From positions 3,352,892-3,404,170 of the forward strand of contig BFEA01000016.1 in the NCBI GenBank assembly GCA_003427395.1: a stretch of DNA of 51,279 nucleotides, given 5' to 3'. This stretch comes from Chara braunii. Taxonomy: Eukaryota; Plantae; Charophyceae. This document shows, in pieces, positions 1 through 12,320 of this stretch (positions are counted from its first letter, which is position 1; every line of letters begins with the position of its first letter). Position numbers and translations under genes: made by a program. The notes under the pieces were generated by a model, which searched no databases, was not told the DNA's origin, and saw only the letters and a list, made by a program, of their open reading frames with translations.

Positions 1-190
1 AGAAGCATCTATGTGTGAAGCGCTACACTACCTACTAGTGTGAGTGTGAAAATCACAAGTTTGGAGAGCCCAAATCATCAAGATTGCATGAAGAACATCT
101 ATGTGTGAAGCGCTACACTACCTACTAGTATGAGTGTGGAAATCATAAGTTTGGAGAGCCCATACCATCAAGATTGCATCAAGAAGCATC
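1..190. repeat. 90-bp tandem repeat (2 copies plus start of a third; runs off window start)
   Basis: ATGTGTGAAGCGCTACACTACCTACTAG occurs at 11 and 101; AAGAAGCATCTA recurs at 181. Confidence 0.9.
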
Positions 191-255
191 TAGGAAAGAA
201 TCGGAGTACTACCTCCTAGTGCATAAGTGAAAAAGAAGAGTTTGAGGAGCCCATG

Positions 256-437
256 GAAGAGAGAAGGTGAAGTAAGAGAAGATGAAGGAGAAGGGGACAG
301 AGATGAGGAAGATGAAGATGAATTAAGGAGGAGGAAGGAGGATATGAAGAGGGAGAGAAGAGAAGGAAGAAGGAGGGAGTGAGGAGGAAGAAGAGGAAGA
401 AGAAGGAGGAGAAGGAGAAGGAGAAGAAGAGGAAGAG

Positions 438-479
<42 letters not shown>

Positions 480-503
480 GAAGAAGAAGAAGAAGAAGAA
501 GAA
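256..503. repeat. Purine-rich low-complexity tract with (AAT)n and (AAG)n microsatellites
   Basis: Directly visible; explains the poly-L/I/S ORF 190..576. Confidence 0.9.
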
Positions 504-2051
504 GTCTCTTCCTTCCTCTCACCTTGTTGATTCCTTGATGTTGGTGTCTTCTTGATGAAGTTTTCTCTCCTTGCACAATCCTCTCTTGGCTATAGCTTCC
601 TTCTTCTCCAAGCCCTTCTTTCCTCCTCCCTTGCTTTCTCTCGGGCTATGGCAAGCTCCCCCAGCTATGGCTATGGAGTCTTCCCCTCTAGGAGGGCTAA
701 TGGGGTTCCTCTAGCCTCTCCTTCTCTCCTACACCCAGAAGGGATATGGCGGATCACCTTCCAAGTGTCTCTCCTACCATCACTATCCTCTAGAGTCTCC
801 TCCACTACCTCCTAGTCTCCTCTAAGCTCTCCCACTAGCATGGGCTCCTCCTCTCCCACTCCAAGTGCAAAGGTGCTCTTGTGAGCTCACTTGGGCAGCA
901 TGGGCACTCCTCATGCAAATGTGAGAGTGGCGGACTGCATCCTCAGCTTATGTAGGCTGAAACCAGCAGTCCGGCCAGCCCATGAGCCTCCCCATGAGCC
1001 TTGAGGTGAACCGAGGTACCCCCAAGGCAAAATTCCCTCACTTGGCCTTCCTGGAGGTACCTGGGCCTTATTTTGGCCAAGTGCATGCAGTCCAAGTGGT
1101 TGGTACCAACTCGGACTGCCTCTTGGTCTACCCCGGCCTCTTTTTCATTGCTCAAATGCTGCCCCCTAAGGTCCTAATGCCCAAGGGGCAGCAATACTTG
1201 AAAGAAAAAGGCCTTGTGGACCTTTTTCTCGATTTTTTCAAGTTTCGGCTTCTTTTGAGTAGGCCGGAGCATTTTCCCATATGGCGGCACATTTTCAGTC
1301 TTGGATCTGGTTGAGATCCAAGGCCAGCAATAATCCGAGCTACCCCCTAGTAGCCCTTGCTTCAATTTTGAGCCCCTAAGTCCAGTTTTTCAATTTTTTG
1401 TGCATCTGGCTCTCTTTTTGGGTCAAATGCACTGTTTTGTCCTTTTCTCTTTTTTGTTTCTTTCCATTTTGGGCTGCCACCTCATCCCGGAGCTAGCCGT
1501 TTTAAGCTGGCCCACAAAAAACGGCTAGTTCCTCTCTACCATGAGATCTGATCTCAGATCCATGGTCCAAAAAAAAATCGGTCACTTCTTTTTTGCATTT
1601 TCTCTCATTTTCAGCTTTTTAATTCATATTTTATTGAGATATGGCCGTAAGGGTCATATCTCTACAATCCGGATTGCCCTCCCTCATTCTAGGAGGGATG
1701 AGGTCACTGTTGGGACCTGCCAGTCCCTACTGTGCAGGTCCCAATAGGCCGGCACATTCTCCTCCACTCTTTTCTCCCCTTTTGTCTCATTCTCCCTCCT
1801 TTTTTTCTCTTTTTTTTTTTTTTCCTTTTATTTCTGTTCTGACAAGTGTCAAACTGGTGTGCATCCTCTTTTTAGGCCCTAGGGCCTCATTCAAGGCCAG
1901 GTTCATGGCTATTACATGACCGTTATATCTCGGATTTCAATAATGGCACTCCATGCTCCTAGGGGGCTCCATTTTGCTCCCGTTTGCCCAATCCTGAGCC
2001 CATTTTGCTCCGATTTTCTAAGGGCAGCCTTTTTCTCATGTTGGGTTTCTC

Positions 2052-3575
2052 AATGCGTCTGTCAACCTGCAGAATGCTATTTCCCTATGATAATACCCGG
2101 GAAAAAAAAACTAAGAGCAATATTATTCATAATTATCACGAGACAAACTCATTCACGACTCCAAATACTCCCTCGATCTGAAACTCTGATTGATTTCAGG
2201 AATAGAACATTACTCATTAGTCCAGGTTCTACCAGAAGAATAGGAGTAACACATAACAAATGGACCGGCTTACTTCCGAATTTATGCTTCCACGTACTCA
2301 ATCTGCAAACAATGATATCACTCACGTTCCTGTTTAGTTTCTCATACCACCAAGAGGGCTAAAAAAAATCCAATCACAACCCTACTACGTATGTCGTCCA
2401 GGTATCGTCACATCTCGTCTTTCTTCAACAAGTAACGTTCAAAGAATATAAACCCCCCACCAGAACAAACATTCACCCCCGCTCTACCATGCTAGATCGT
2501 CGCATCTCATTATGACATCNATATCATCGTCGCACCATCAACCCACAACAAATTAGCACGTCACCAGTAATCCTCACGACATGCCTCAACTATACAACCC
2601 CTTGCTCTCCCCGTGCCATTCTACACCAGGTCTCCTACATAGTCATCGTCACCCCATACTCTGCCCAACTGCCTCGTATGCCAATTCATTTCCCATCGAT
2701 ACCCAGCAGATCGCTCACACGCGAAACATCATCTTCAAGACCACTCATGGCTGCTCGGCAGGACTCCGCAATCTGTATCAACGAACATTGCCTACCAAAG
2801 TACAAAAAACAAACCCCTCAGGCAAGCGCACCGGATAAGAACCGAGGAGAAAGACATTTGATAGATGGAAGAACCCCACATTCCCCCAATCATATCGCAA
2901 GTAAACACTACCCTTCGCAACCAGGGTTTCGGCAGAACAAGAAGCGCAACACCAAACAGCCGTAAGTGCATTCCACAACCACATTTATTATTTTCTACTC
3001 GGTAGCTCCAAACAAAGGTTCTTAGAGTAAGTGTCACTCATCATCTTACCACACTGCGGGTAGGTGAGAATCCTAAACGTCACATTAGGCTAGGGTGGTG
3101 GCAAACATTCTAAAACATGCTTTTCGCCAGTCTTGCCACTGGCATAGCTCATCAGAGGAACAATATAAGAGCACATAACATAACGTTAGGAAGGCATAAC
3201 TGAGAACCATTACCACAACCCTTGGGTACGTGAGGGGAGTGGGTGGGGGGTGGGGGGAGGGGACGCAGACTATCAACATTACCTACGGTTATGGCACGGT
3301 AGCTTCTACCTCTGCGAGGTGAGTATCTAGCATTTCCTCAATCCGAAAGGAGACTCCATATTGGTATAAGCAGACCCTCCCGTGAACTTAGCGATACTGC
3401 AACATGTGGCGTGCAAACGATTGTTACACCCAAGGGGACCAGTGATGTCAATATCGAGAGCGTTGCCGATATGGCGAGGGGCAACCTTGGCAGGGACCCG
3501 AGGGGTCAAGCAGAGAACTCGAAGGCGACGGACGCGGAGGCACAAAACGGAGAATTCGGCATAGCAACACTTCGG
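2052..3575 (-). mobile_element. Repeat R copy 1 (partial), apparently non-coding, hammerhead-like motif
   Basis: Colinear with ~24431-25947 and ~40226-41428; near-identical ORF-track translations (MPQLYNPLLSPCHSTPG, MIIPGKK); same end (ACTTCGG) as copy 2. Confidence 0.85.
3108..3159 (-). ncRNA. Minimal type I hammerhead-ribozyme-like motif
   Basis: Minus strand reads UCCU-CUGAUGA-GCUAUGCCAGUGGCAAGACUGGC-GAAA-AGCAUGUU-UU-AGAA: both core boxes, a foldable stem II, near-palindromic stem III; stem I short with a mismatch in this copy. Confidence 0.5.
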
Positions 3576-3729
3576 CACACACACACACACACACACGCAC
3601 ACACACACACACGCACACACCCACACACATACCCACATCTGCTGATGCAGCTGATGCAACACCTACAAGAGTTGCTGTCGTAGTAACTGATGCAGCTGAT
3701 GTGGCTATTGCATTTGCTGCACACAAACA

Positions 3730-3780
<51 letters not shown>

Positions 3781-3785
3781 ACACA
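3576..3785. repeat. Two (CA)n microsatellites separated by a short CTGATGCAG-repeat spacer
   Basis: Directly visible. Confidence 0.9.
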
Positions 3786-4378
3786 TTTAGGAGTCTGAGT
3801 CGATTTACCATTAATAAATAGTTGTCGAATAGAGACAAATGCCTGAGGAACATGGTCAGTCTTTATTTTGCCCGTACAATATTTTGGCCTAGTTGGGTCC
3901 TAAACGAAATCCTTGTCAGGGGTGCTTCCCAATCCAAGAGGATATACAATGCACCGAAAGATTGGTTCCCAGGGGTCTACCTGACCTACGGAGGCTCTTT
4001 GGGACCTGGTAGTAAAAATGTTAGTGTTAGAAAATTCCAGTTGATCCCATGCTTTCAACTGCGCCGGTTCTTCCGCATTCGATATTAGTGAGGAGCAAAG
4101 CATACTTAAGGAAGGGATTAACCCTCAGTTTAGTCCTCCTCAACTGGTCAGGTTAATGCGGTCATGCATGAGGGAAAGTCGTTTCGCGGTCTTTCATGCA
4201 GGAGCGCATTAGCCGTCAGCATGGAACATTCAAATATAATGCTCGAGCATTCTATTTGAATATAGCGCTCAAGCGTTATTTTGGAAGGGTGTTCTATTTG
4301 AGAAAAAAAGAGTAAGAACAAAAATCTGATGTTTTTAGGGTAAGTTGAATATAACGCCCGGGCGTTATTTCTGGGTGA
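3786..4378 (-). mobile_element. Repeat X copy A (terminal palindrome, 64-bp hairpin, body, (TG)n end)
   Basis: 3786-4149 is the reverse complement of ~35301-35660; 4150-4219 matches 25970-26038; 4351-4379 matches 23712-23740. Confidence 0.75.
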
Positions 4379-4615
4379 AGACAGTCGTCGGAAGGCTTCC
4401 ATTACTCTTATGACTGCTTGGAATAAGCAGTAGTTGGCTCGACTAAGGACCTTGAGGTCGGCGACGAACATCAATAAAGTGGGTAGGGCGAAGTCATGTA
4501 GTGGATTGAAGTTGCGCTCAGTGAGGCGGTCGATGGACGGGTCTTTATGAAGGAAACATGCTATGGCTTCTATGATAAAAAGGAAGATGGGGGAAGCCAA
4601 TAAGTCCCCGATTAC
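4379..4615 (-). pseudogene. L1-clade LINE reverse transcriptase fragment
   Basis: GDLLASPIFLFIIEAI resembles QGDPLSPxLFxxxxE; LMFVADL is a decayed FADD; VMEAFRRLS resembles the FxxxSG motif. Confidence 0.65.
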
Positions 4616-5011
4616 CCTAAACTTGTACAGCTCTAAAAAATGGCATTTCGTTGTTTACAAAACATAAACACGCAAACTGAGATTATTTCTTGGACAATGC
4701 AAACAATAACGAATTCACTAACCTTTCGGTAACAAGCTTCGCTACTCAAGTTCGGTCAAATTTTCGGGATTCAGTGATCATGATTGCGTTGACTAGGGAG
4801 GTCGTGCGTTGAATCTGGGAAATTGCGTGCTGGTGAGGAGCCTGTTCACCAGTCGTCAATTGTATGGATTGCGGAGATTCACAGTATGATTGTTGTTTCA
4901 GGGCGAGAGGGTCAGTTGTAGGTTGCTGGCAACCCACAACTACGAATTGGAGGACTTGTTTGTCTGTTCACTTGTTTTAAAGGTTTCTTTCATCGTTGAC
5001 TTTTGTTGCAG

Positions 5012-5089
5012 TTGATTGGGGTCATTGTTGCGACATTGATCTTGAAGATCTGGTTGCGCCTGTACTGCTACGTTATTAAAAATTCCCTC
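5012..5089 (+). CDS. Candidate isolated 78-nt exon, hydrophobic peptide LIGVIVATLILKIWLRLYCYVIKNSL (weak resemblance to Mn-CDF/MTP transporter helix)
   Basis: Pyrimidine tract and TTGCAG acceptor ending 5011; GTGAGT donor at 5090; only one plus frame open; no partner exons recognised. Confidence 0.3.
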
Positions 5090-6341
5090 GTGAGTGATTT
5101 GAGTGCACCCTCCTTGTGTCTCGAGTGTCTGAGAGTTTCTATCTTTCTAACTATCCAATCTTTCATTTATGAAGCTTCAGAGAGGAGGATAACTAGCGAC
5201 ATCCTATCCTGACACGACCGTATTTTAACTTTCTCTTTGGGACCTAAGGACCCCACATGATTATGAGAGTTTTATCGGGACTCGGGTGGGGTTATGAAGA
5301 CAGGGAACCTCGAGCTAGATCGACGCGTTCACATTTGATTCTTGTAAGCCTTTATTTGTACCACCGTCTGCTCTTATTTATTTTATTTTATTAGTATTTA
5401 CATCTTTTTATTTCGTTCAAGATTTTAATTAAGCTGAAGGAATTTACTATGCTTGGTTTAATGCATATGTTTGAAAGAAGAAAAATAATTATCTACAATA
5501 ATTTCGACTTAACGGCATGTGTCAGGCTGAATAGTCCATGTAGTTTCTGTCTACGTTGGGAAAGTTGGGTTGAGTCTGGTGCAGACTCCCGGTTGTTTGC
5601 CTTAATTTAGTTTGTAAAAGGTCGTGCAATGTTCATGGCGAACGTCATGGTTGTATGTTTCGACTTGTTTTTTTTTAATGTGGGCATTGTATCATTGTAA
5701 TTCTAAGCTTGGGTGTATGTTTTTTGTGGTTAAAAAACTTTCATTACGAACCTCAGTTGCATGCTTTACTTTATAGTTTTTGGTGATCCTAGCACGCGTG
5801 TCATTGTGATTGGCTCAGGTGCATGTTTCTTGACTTGGTTTCTTGAAGGTTGGACTTGTCTCAGGGCGAGACATAGTCCAGTTATGCATTTCAATCGTTT
5901 GTCTGTGTCTGAGTGAGAATAATTTTAATTTTTAAGTTATCATTTATTTAGTAAGATATATAGGACATTTATTAGGGAAGGGGGTTATACAAGTTAGTTT
6001 AGAGATGGATTTTATTAATGTACCTTGCTTTGTTTTTCTCAGTTATCTTGTATCTTGTTTGTGCACCTTGTTTATGCTTATTTGCTTTGTCATCCAAGTT
6101 TGATTTGTTTAGAGTATCACTGTTCGCTTTGTGCTTGAGCGATAGGTGTGTTTATTTTTATTTTTTTTATCTTTGTTTTTTCGTGCATATTTGCTTTGAT
6201 CATATCTTGGCTAGCTTCTAAGTTAGTAGAAATTTTGAAAGTTTTCTTCCCCATAAAAAATGTCAAAATTTATATTAAAACTATAGAGTTAGTCAAACTT
6301 TTTATGAGGTTTTGTAAATTAGAATTGATCTAATCGTTGGC

Positions 6342-6671
6342 CTGTGTAGCACACCGAATATGTTCGGAGCTTTTCTGAACGTCCGAACATGTTCGGGTGT
6401 TTGGCCGAACGCCACCAAAACATGTTCGGCCGAACATATTAAAAAAAAAAAAAAAGTTTTTTTTATTTTTTATTTTTAACTGAAGTCTGGTTACGAATTT
6501 GACCATACCTCCAAGGCAAAATTTGTTTGTATTATTATTTTACATAACATTGTTTTTCCAGATTTTTATGATAACTTTTTTTTTTTTTTTTTTTTATGTT
6601 CGTGTTCGGAGGGTTTGGACGCTCGTTCACGTTCGGTCCCGAACGTCGAACCCGAACACGATGCTAGATAG
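6342..6671. mobile_element. hAT-type MITE
   Basis: 8-bp TSD TCGTTGGC (6334-6341, 6672-6679); imperfect TIR CTGTGTAGCA / TGCTAGATAG; subterminal CCGAACATGTTCGG palindromes. Confidence 0.85.
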
Positions 6672-6699
6672 TCGTTGGCCTTAGCAAAAATTATGGAAG

Positions 6700-8905
6700 T
6701 TTTCTTTACTAATGAAAATTCTAACAAAATGTTTACTAAATTGAAGGAGTTAGTTTATTTTAAGATAAAGGTCTTGTAGATTGAAATTAGCATAATGAAA
6801 ATTCTACCAAAATATTTACTGAATTGAAGGAGTTAGTTTATTTTAAGATAAAGGTCTTGTAGATTGGAATTAGCATGATGCTTAGCCTCATTATAAATTT
6901 TGGAAGCCTTCTTCGCTAAGGGAAGTATTGTCAATTTTGTACTGAATTCAAGGAGTTAGTTTATTTTTATATGGGTTTTTAGTCAAAAATTTTCCCTCCA
7001 ACTATAATACTTTCTAGGATTATACTTTTTTTTCGTATTCCCTCCTAGTAAGAATTCTGGAGGTTTACTTCCTGAGGGAAAATACTTACGAAATTTTCAC
7101 TAGGATTGCTATTATCTTCGGATCATTACCATTGGTAATGCAAAGTGTGGTACAAATTTGGAGTCCGTTTTAATCCCATAAGGTATTGGTGTTTGAACGT
7201 GGACGCATGGTACCTTTAGCGCGAGAGTGTTATCATAACATGTAGAGAAAGGTAAAGAAAACATCTATTTCTGTTATCGATTGATAACAGTGTGGTTTGC
7301 AACTCAACTTTCATCCTCCTTGACGCCCACACCCAAATGTATGAGAACCCTGTAGGCAAATGATATTTCATCTAAAGATGTTTTCCCCTCTTTTGAACTT
7401 TTCCTTGAATGATCATGTTGGGGATGAGTACAATGATGTGGGATGGTTATGTCATTGTTGAATGAGGGTTACAAAGGGGTGCATGGGAAAGGGTGAGTTG
7501 ACAAAGGGATTGACCATGTTGGTGTCTGGAATGTATCCTTGATTGAATATATGGGGGCAAGTATGTATTTCAGGGCTTGATCTTGGATGGTTGCTCACCG
7601 AATGAGTAAACCACGGTCTTTCCCTTGGTTCCCACACAATACATTTTTTTTCCCCACCAAGTTTACTTTATATATATTTATACGTATCCCCACTTGTGTT
7701 TATCCGATAGGTTCGGTTATATGAGACGAGAGTTGATCGCCGTCTGAACCAACCCCTGGCTCCGTGGAAACAATTGCGCACTTATTTGCGTTTGACATAG
7801 TACCCTTATAGGAAGTAGTTTTGGCAATGATGCCCATGAATAGTAAGGATTAATGCTTGTTCATTTGTCTCGTCGAATGTTAGGTCCTAAATCAGGTTCA
7901 AGGTCCTTGTCCAGCACAAAGGGTCGCCCCCCATGTGCTAGACACCCAGTCCTCACCAACTGTTGTGGTCTGCCTGAAGGGTAGAGTCACCGTAACGGCC
8001 AAATGGTTTGTTCTGTAGTTGTTCCATGTCACCAAGGTAAACCCCCGGTAGCATATATGAGTCAGCAGTAGTGTGTCGTGTACGACCTTAAGGCCCATGC
8101 GAGGTCGCAGATTTATGAGTAGCACACAGTGCATCACTAGAGTGGCTAATCATGTGTTTATGCACAATTAAGTATCGTTAAGTCACCCACGCTATCACGT
8201 TATTGAAGGGTTTACGCGATTAGCCGTATTAACAGCCATTCGTCAAAACGGACATATTATATTTTTTGAACGAAATTAAAATTGAGTTTTTGGACTGAAA
8301 TCCGGTCCAGTATCTGGTCTCAAGCTGCGACCAGGTACATCTCAGAATGCCGAACCCCCAAGAGCCAAAAATTTGGATCGGATTTCGGCCCAAAAACTCA
8401 ATTTTAATTTTGTTTAAAAAATATAATATGTCTGTTTTGACAAAATGGTTGTTTATTCATCACGGGTATGTGGTACGAGTTATGGGAATGAATGTTAAGA
8501 AAAGAGATTGGGTGCACGTTTATGTTTTGAGTTGGGGTATTTTTTCGATGAGACGTGTTGTTAGTTCGATGCCCTAGTTGATCGGTGTCGAACAACGCGT
8601 GGGAGATCAACACTCCACGTGATGATTCGTGTACAGGTTCAAATTGGGCCTTAACCACACATACGCTTTGTGCTATAGTGTACAATAAATGTCCTTGGCA
8701 AATCCTTCTTTCCAACTGCATGAAAAACTTTTGGATGTGCATCAGTAGCTCAATGGGGATGCGTGTACCTGAGGATGGTGACAACTCCTTAGGTAAAGGT
8801 AAGTTGTACCTCATAATTGATTCTTCGCTACACGTCTGAAAAGTTTCTACCAATCCTGCGTAATACGGTCGGGAGGGTCCCTGTGTGGGACTGATGTGCT
8901 CGATA
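6700..8905 (-). mobile_element. Element E1: LTR-like segment related to E2 and E3
   Basis: Minus strand starts TATCGAGCACATCAGTCC (compare 26042, 47755); block ~8720-8812 homologous to ~26220-26297 and ~47907-47990; palindrome 7271-7290; 83-bp tandem duplication 6711-6877. Left limit approximate. Confidence 0.6.
8231..8453. repeat. Fold-back inverted repeat (~80-bp arms), probable MITE
   Basis: 8231-8309 is the near reverse complement of 8373-8453. Confidence 0.8.
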
Positions 8906-8974
8906 GCGGACTGTTTAAAGTATGCGGGTACTAACTACACCGCTCATTATATACGTTCATGTAGTGAGCGGCTC

Positions 8975-8978
<4 letters not shown>

Positions 8979-9035
<57 letters not shown>
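8979..9035. repeat. (AG)n microsatellite
   Basis: Directly visible. Confidence 0.95.
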
Positions 9036-9041
<6 letters not shown>

Positions 9042-10028
9042 CAATGGAGTGCTCAAGGCGATAAACGCAGTGGAGAAGAGAAGCAGCGATATCGAACAAC
9101 GTATGGTGGTGCGTAGGGTGAAAGCCTTGAAAAGCAGGTCTGATGCTTGCTTGCCCTTCACAGCAAGCAATGTCTCACTACACTATGACACTATCCTTCT
9201 TCACGAGGGTAAACAATGAGAGTAAGTTTTTGATCAATTGAGAGGTTTTGCACCCATTCTTTAGGGTTTGACAGTTTGTACCCATTCTGCAATGTCGATA
9301 ACCCGATCTCCCCTTCTTCCCCCTACACACACACTTGGGGTCGCCATTCTTCTCCTTCATTGTTTTCTGTTACCTTGAGTGGATGATGCCATTTACAACG
9401 CCTATTATTTGATGGGGTGGTTCTTTTCTTTCGTTTTTCCTGTGAAACCCTGCCTCTACAACAACCTGGGCACTTAAAATAAATAATAAAAAAAACAGCA
9501 GGTCCTTCTGGGCCTGGCTCCATATCCGTTCTGGGCAGTGTCGGCCCCTCCCTTGACCGGGAGCCTCCCGGTTGGACCAGCCAGTCGCCCGTCCCAGTCG
9601 GCTCCCGGTTCGCCCCAGCGCATTTTTGCTGGGGGTGGGAGTTTTTTCTTGGGGGGGCCTAAGTTCTTCTTTGGTGCTCGTAGTCCCCACTGCCACTGGA
9701 AGAAACACAAACCGAGGCTGGTAGGCCCGTCAATGGGCAAGAAAAAAAAGTGGCCAATCTTGGTCGCTGATCTTTGTTGATCGGCGGACAAGATCGGCCG
9801 CAATTCATACTGGGAGTAGGCGCTGAACTTCGGCGCGAAAGCCTACTCCACCTCGCCACCCCGCTTTGAACTTTGCCTGAAGTGTCCCACCCGGCACCTC
9901 GCAATCCTGCCATGTCCGTTGGAGACGCGCCACACGAGCCTGCCATCATGGTCATTGAGTCACCCTGTGCTGCTCTCCACCACGTGAGCTCGCCATCGTG
10001 ACTCCAGGTGGGTGGGTGGGTGGGTGGG

Positions 10029-10045
10029 TTTGTCTGTCTGTGTGT

Positions 10046-10137
<92 letters not shown>

Positions 10138-10340
10138 CAAAGAGAGCGAGAGAGAAAGAGAGAGAGACAGAGAGAGAGAGAGGAAACGAGCTGCGCCCTT
10201 CTCTCTTCTTCTTCTTCTATTCATCGTCATCATTGTAATATTCTTTTCCTTCTCCTCCTTCTCCTCCTCCTCCTTCTCCTTCTCCTTCTTCTCCTTCTCC
10301 TTCTCCTTCTTCTCCTTCTCCTTCTCCTTCTCCTTCTTCT
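10029..10340. repeat. Compound (GT)n(GA)n microsatellite followed by a (CTCCTT)n tract
   Basis: Directly visible; source of the poly-CV/RE/L ORFs. Confidence 0.9.
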
Positions 10341-10341
10341 T

Positions 10342-11772
10342 TGGAGTTCTTTTTTGTGCTCCTGCAATTTCGTGTCGATCTTTCTCAACACTATTCTCCG
10401 TTGCCTTGTATCTTTCTCAACATCTTTATGTAATTCAAACAACGTTGCTAATCACAGGCCCAAAACCAGCCAGAGGAAACTTTTGTATTCACAAACGCCG
10501 ACTTCGCTGCCTCAGCCCCTAGCCGCACCCTTGGCCATGCATGTTCTGTAGGTTAGCCCCCCCAACAGTGCTCCTCTAATTCTGTGTTGATCTTTCTCAA
10601 CACTATTCTCCATTACCTTGTATCTTTATGTAATTCAAACAACGTTGCTATTCACAGGCACAAAGAACCAGCCAGAGGAAACTTATCTATTCACAAACGC
10701 CGACTTCGCTGCCCCATCCTCCCTCACCCCCCAGCCGTGCCCTTGGCCATGTTCCGTATGTTAGGCCCTCCAACAGTGCTCCTTTAATTCCGTGTCGATC
10801 TTTCTCAACACTATTCTCCGTTGCCTTGTATCTTTCTCAATATCTTTATGTAATTCAAACAACGTTGTTATTCACAGGCCCAAAGAACCAGCCAGAGGAA
10901 ACTTTTATATTCACAAACGCTGATTCTGCTCCCCCTCCTCCTCCTCCTCCTCCTCCTCCTCCTTCTTTTGCGTCTTGTTGTTGTTGTTCTTCTTCTTCTT
11001 CTTCTTCTTCTTCTTCTTCTTCTTCTTCTCCTTCTCCTTCTTCTCCTCCCCATCTTTTAACTATCTGTTTTCCATACTCTTCCCCAATCCTCTTTTAATC
11101 TTTCCCTAGATTGCTGCTTACTAAAGAACCTCCCCATCCAAATGTGGGTCATCATCTACCTCCTCTCCAGAGACCCTCGTAGAGCCAGAGCTCTTGAATG
11201 TTCTTACGCAGGAGTTGTTTTTTGTGCTCCTCTAATTCCGTGTCAGTCTTTCTCAACACTATTCTCCGTTGCCTTGTATCTTTCTCAACATCTTTATGTA
11301 ATTCAAACAATGTTGCTATTCACATGCGCAAAGAACCAGCCAGAGGAAACTTTTCTATTCACAAACGCTTACTTCGCTGCCCCATCCTCCCTCACCCCCC
11401 AACCACACCCTTGGCCATGTTCTGTAGGTTAGCCCCCCCAACAGTGCTCCTCTAATTCCGTGTCGATCTTTCTCAACCCTACTCTCCGTTGCCTTGTATC
11501 TTTCTCAATATCTTTATGTAATTCGAACAACGTTGCTATTCACAGGCCCAAAGAACCAGCCAGAGGATGGGGAAAAAAACGGCCCGGATCTTATCTTCAC
11601 TAATGATGTGTTTGATGGAGTGGAAAGAAAGGTATAAGGGGCGTATTTGCTTTGGATGGATGTCTGAGTGGTTGAAGGTATCAATCTTGAAAACTGACAT
11701 ATTACATATTCACAAACGCCGACTTCGCTGCCCCATCCTCCCTCACCCCCCAGCTGCACCCTTGGCCGTGTT
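10342..11772. repeat. ~210-220-bp tandem repeat in two blocks, about 5 full or partial units
   Basis: GTGTCGATCTTTCTCAACACTATTCTCC-like starts near 10372, 10584, 10792, 11240 and 11459; interrupted by (CCT)/(TCT) tracts and a ~140-bp insert at ~11566-11706. Confidence 0.9.
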
Positions 11773-12049
11773 CGAATCGGTTTTTGTGGTGGCGTCCCTT
11801 CGCGAGAAACGCAGCGTTGTGTGTAAGTGTGCACAGTGGTTGCGTCCCTCACCATCGACACAGGCCACGTTGCAGGCGTCGTTCGGCAAGAGCGATGTCA
11901 TCCCAAAGGCGGCAGCTTTGCAGAAGTCTCGTGGGGACGACAATCGTCACGGCAGCGGAGACACGTCATTCCTGTCGATGTGTTGGCGATGGAGGACTGA
12001 GGAGAGGTCGGGCGTGCACTGTTGACACCGCCGGAGAGGACAATCGTGG

Positions 12050-12320
12050 CGACGACCATGTTTATTGTTGTTCTTCGTTGTCAACAGGAGAGGTCCTTGG
12101 GACGAATGAAGGCGCATTTACGTGCACATAGGAGAAGGACATTGATGGAAGTAGCGCATGACAGCCCCGAATATATGGTGACTTTGGAGGCTGTCATTCA
12201 ATTGTGCTACGGGTTGGGTTGCGACATCATTCCACGAGCGAAGTCGAGGTGGTGGATCAAATGCAGGACGGGGGGAGACATGGGAAGACCTTGGACAATG
12301 TAACGATGCCACGTATGACG
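12050..12320 (+). pseudogene. PIF/Harbinger-like transposase N-terminal remnant
   Basis: IQLCYGLGCDIIPRAKSRWWIKCRTGG then frameshift to TWEDLGQCNDATYD resembles the WxxxRxxxWW segment that precedes the FRM motif; catalytic core absent. Recognised from memory, not by search. Confidence 0.45.

Noticed and set aside
190-576. ORFs with poly-L/I/S, CV, RE or R runs (also 3448-3853, 8922-9170, 9952-11098)
   Set aside because: Translations of microsatellites.
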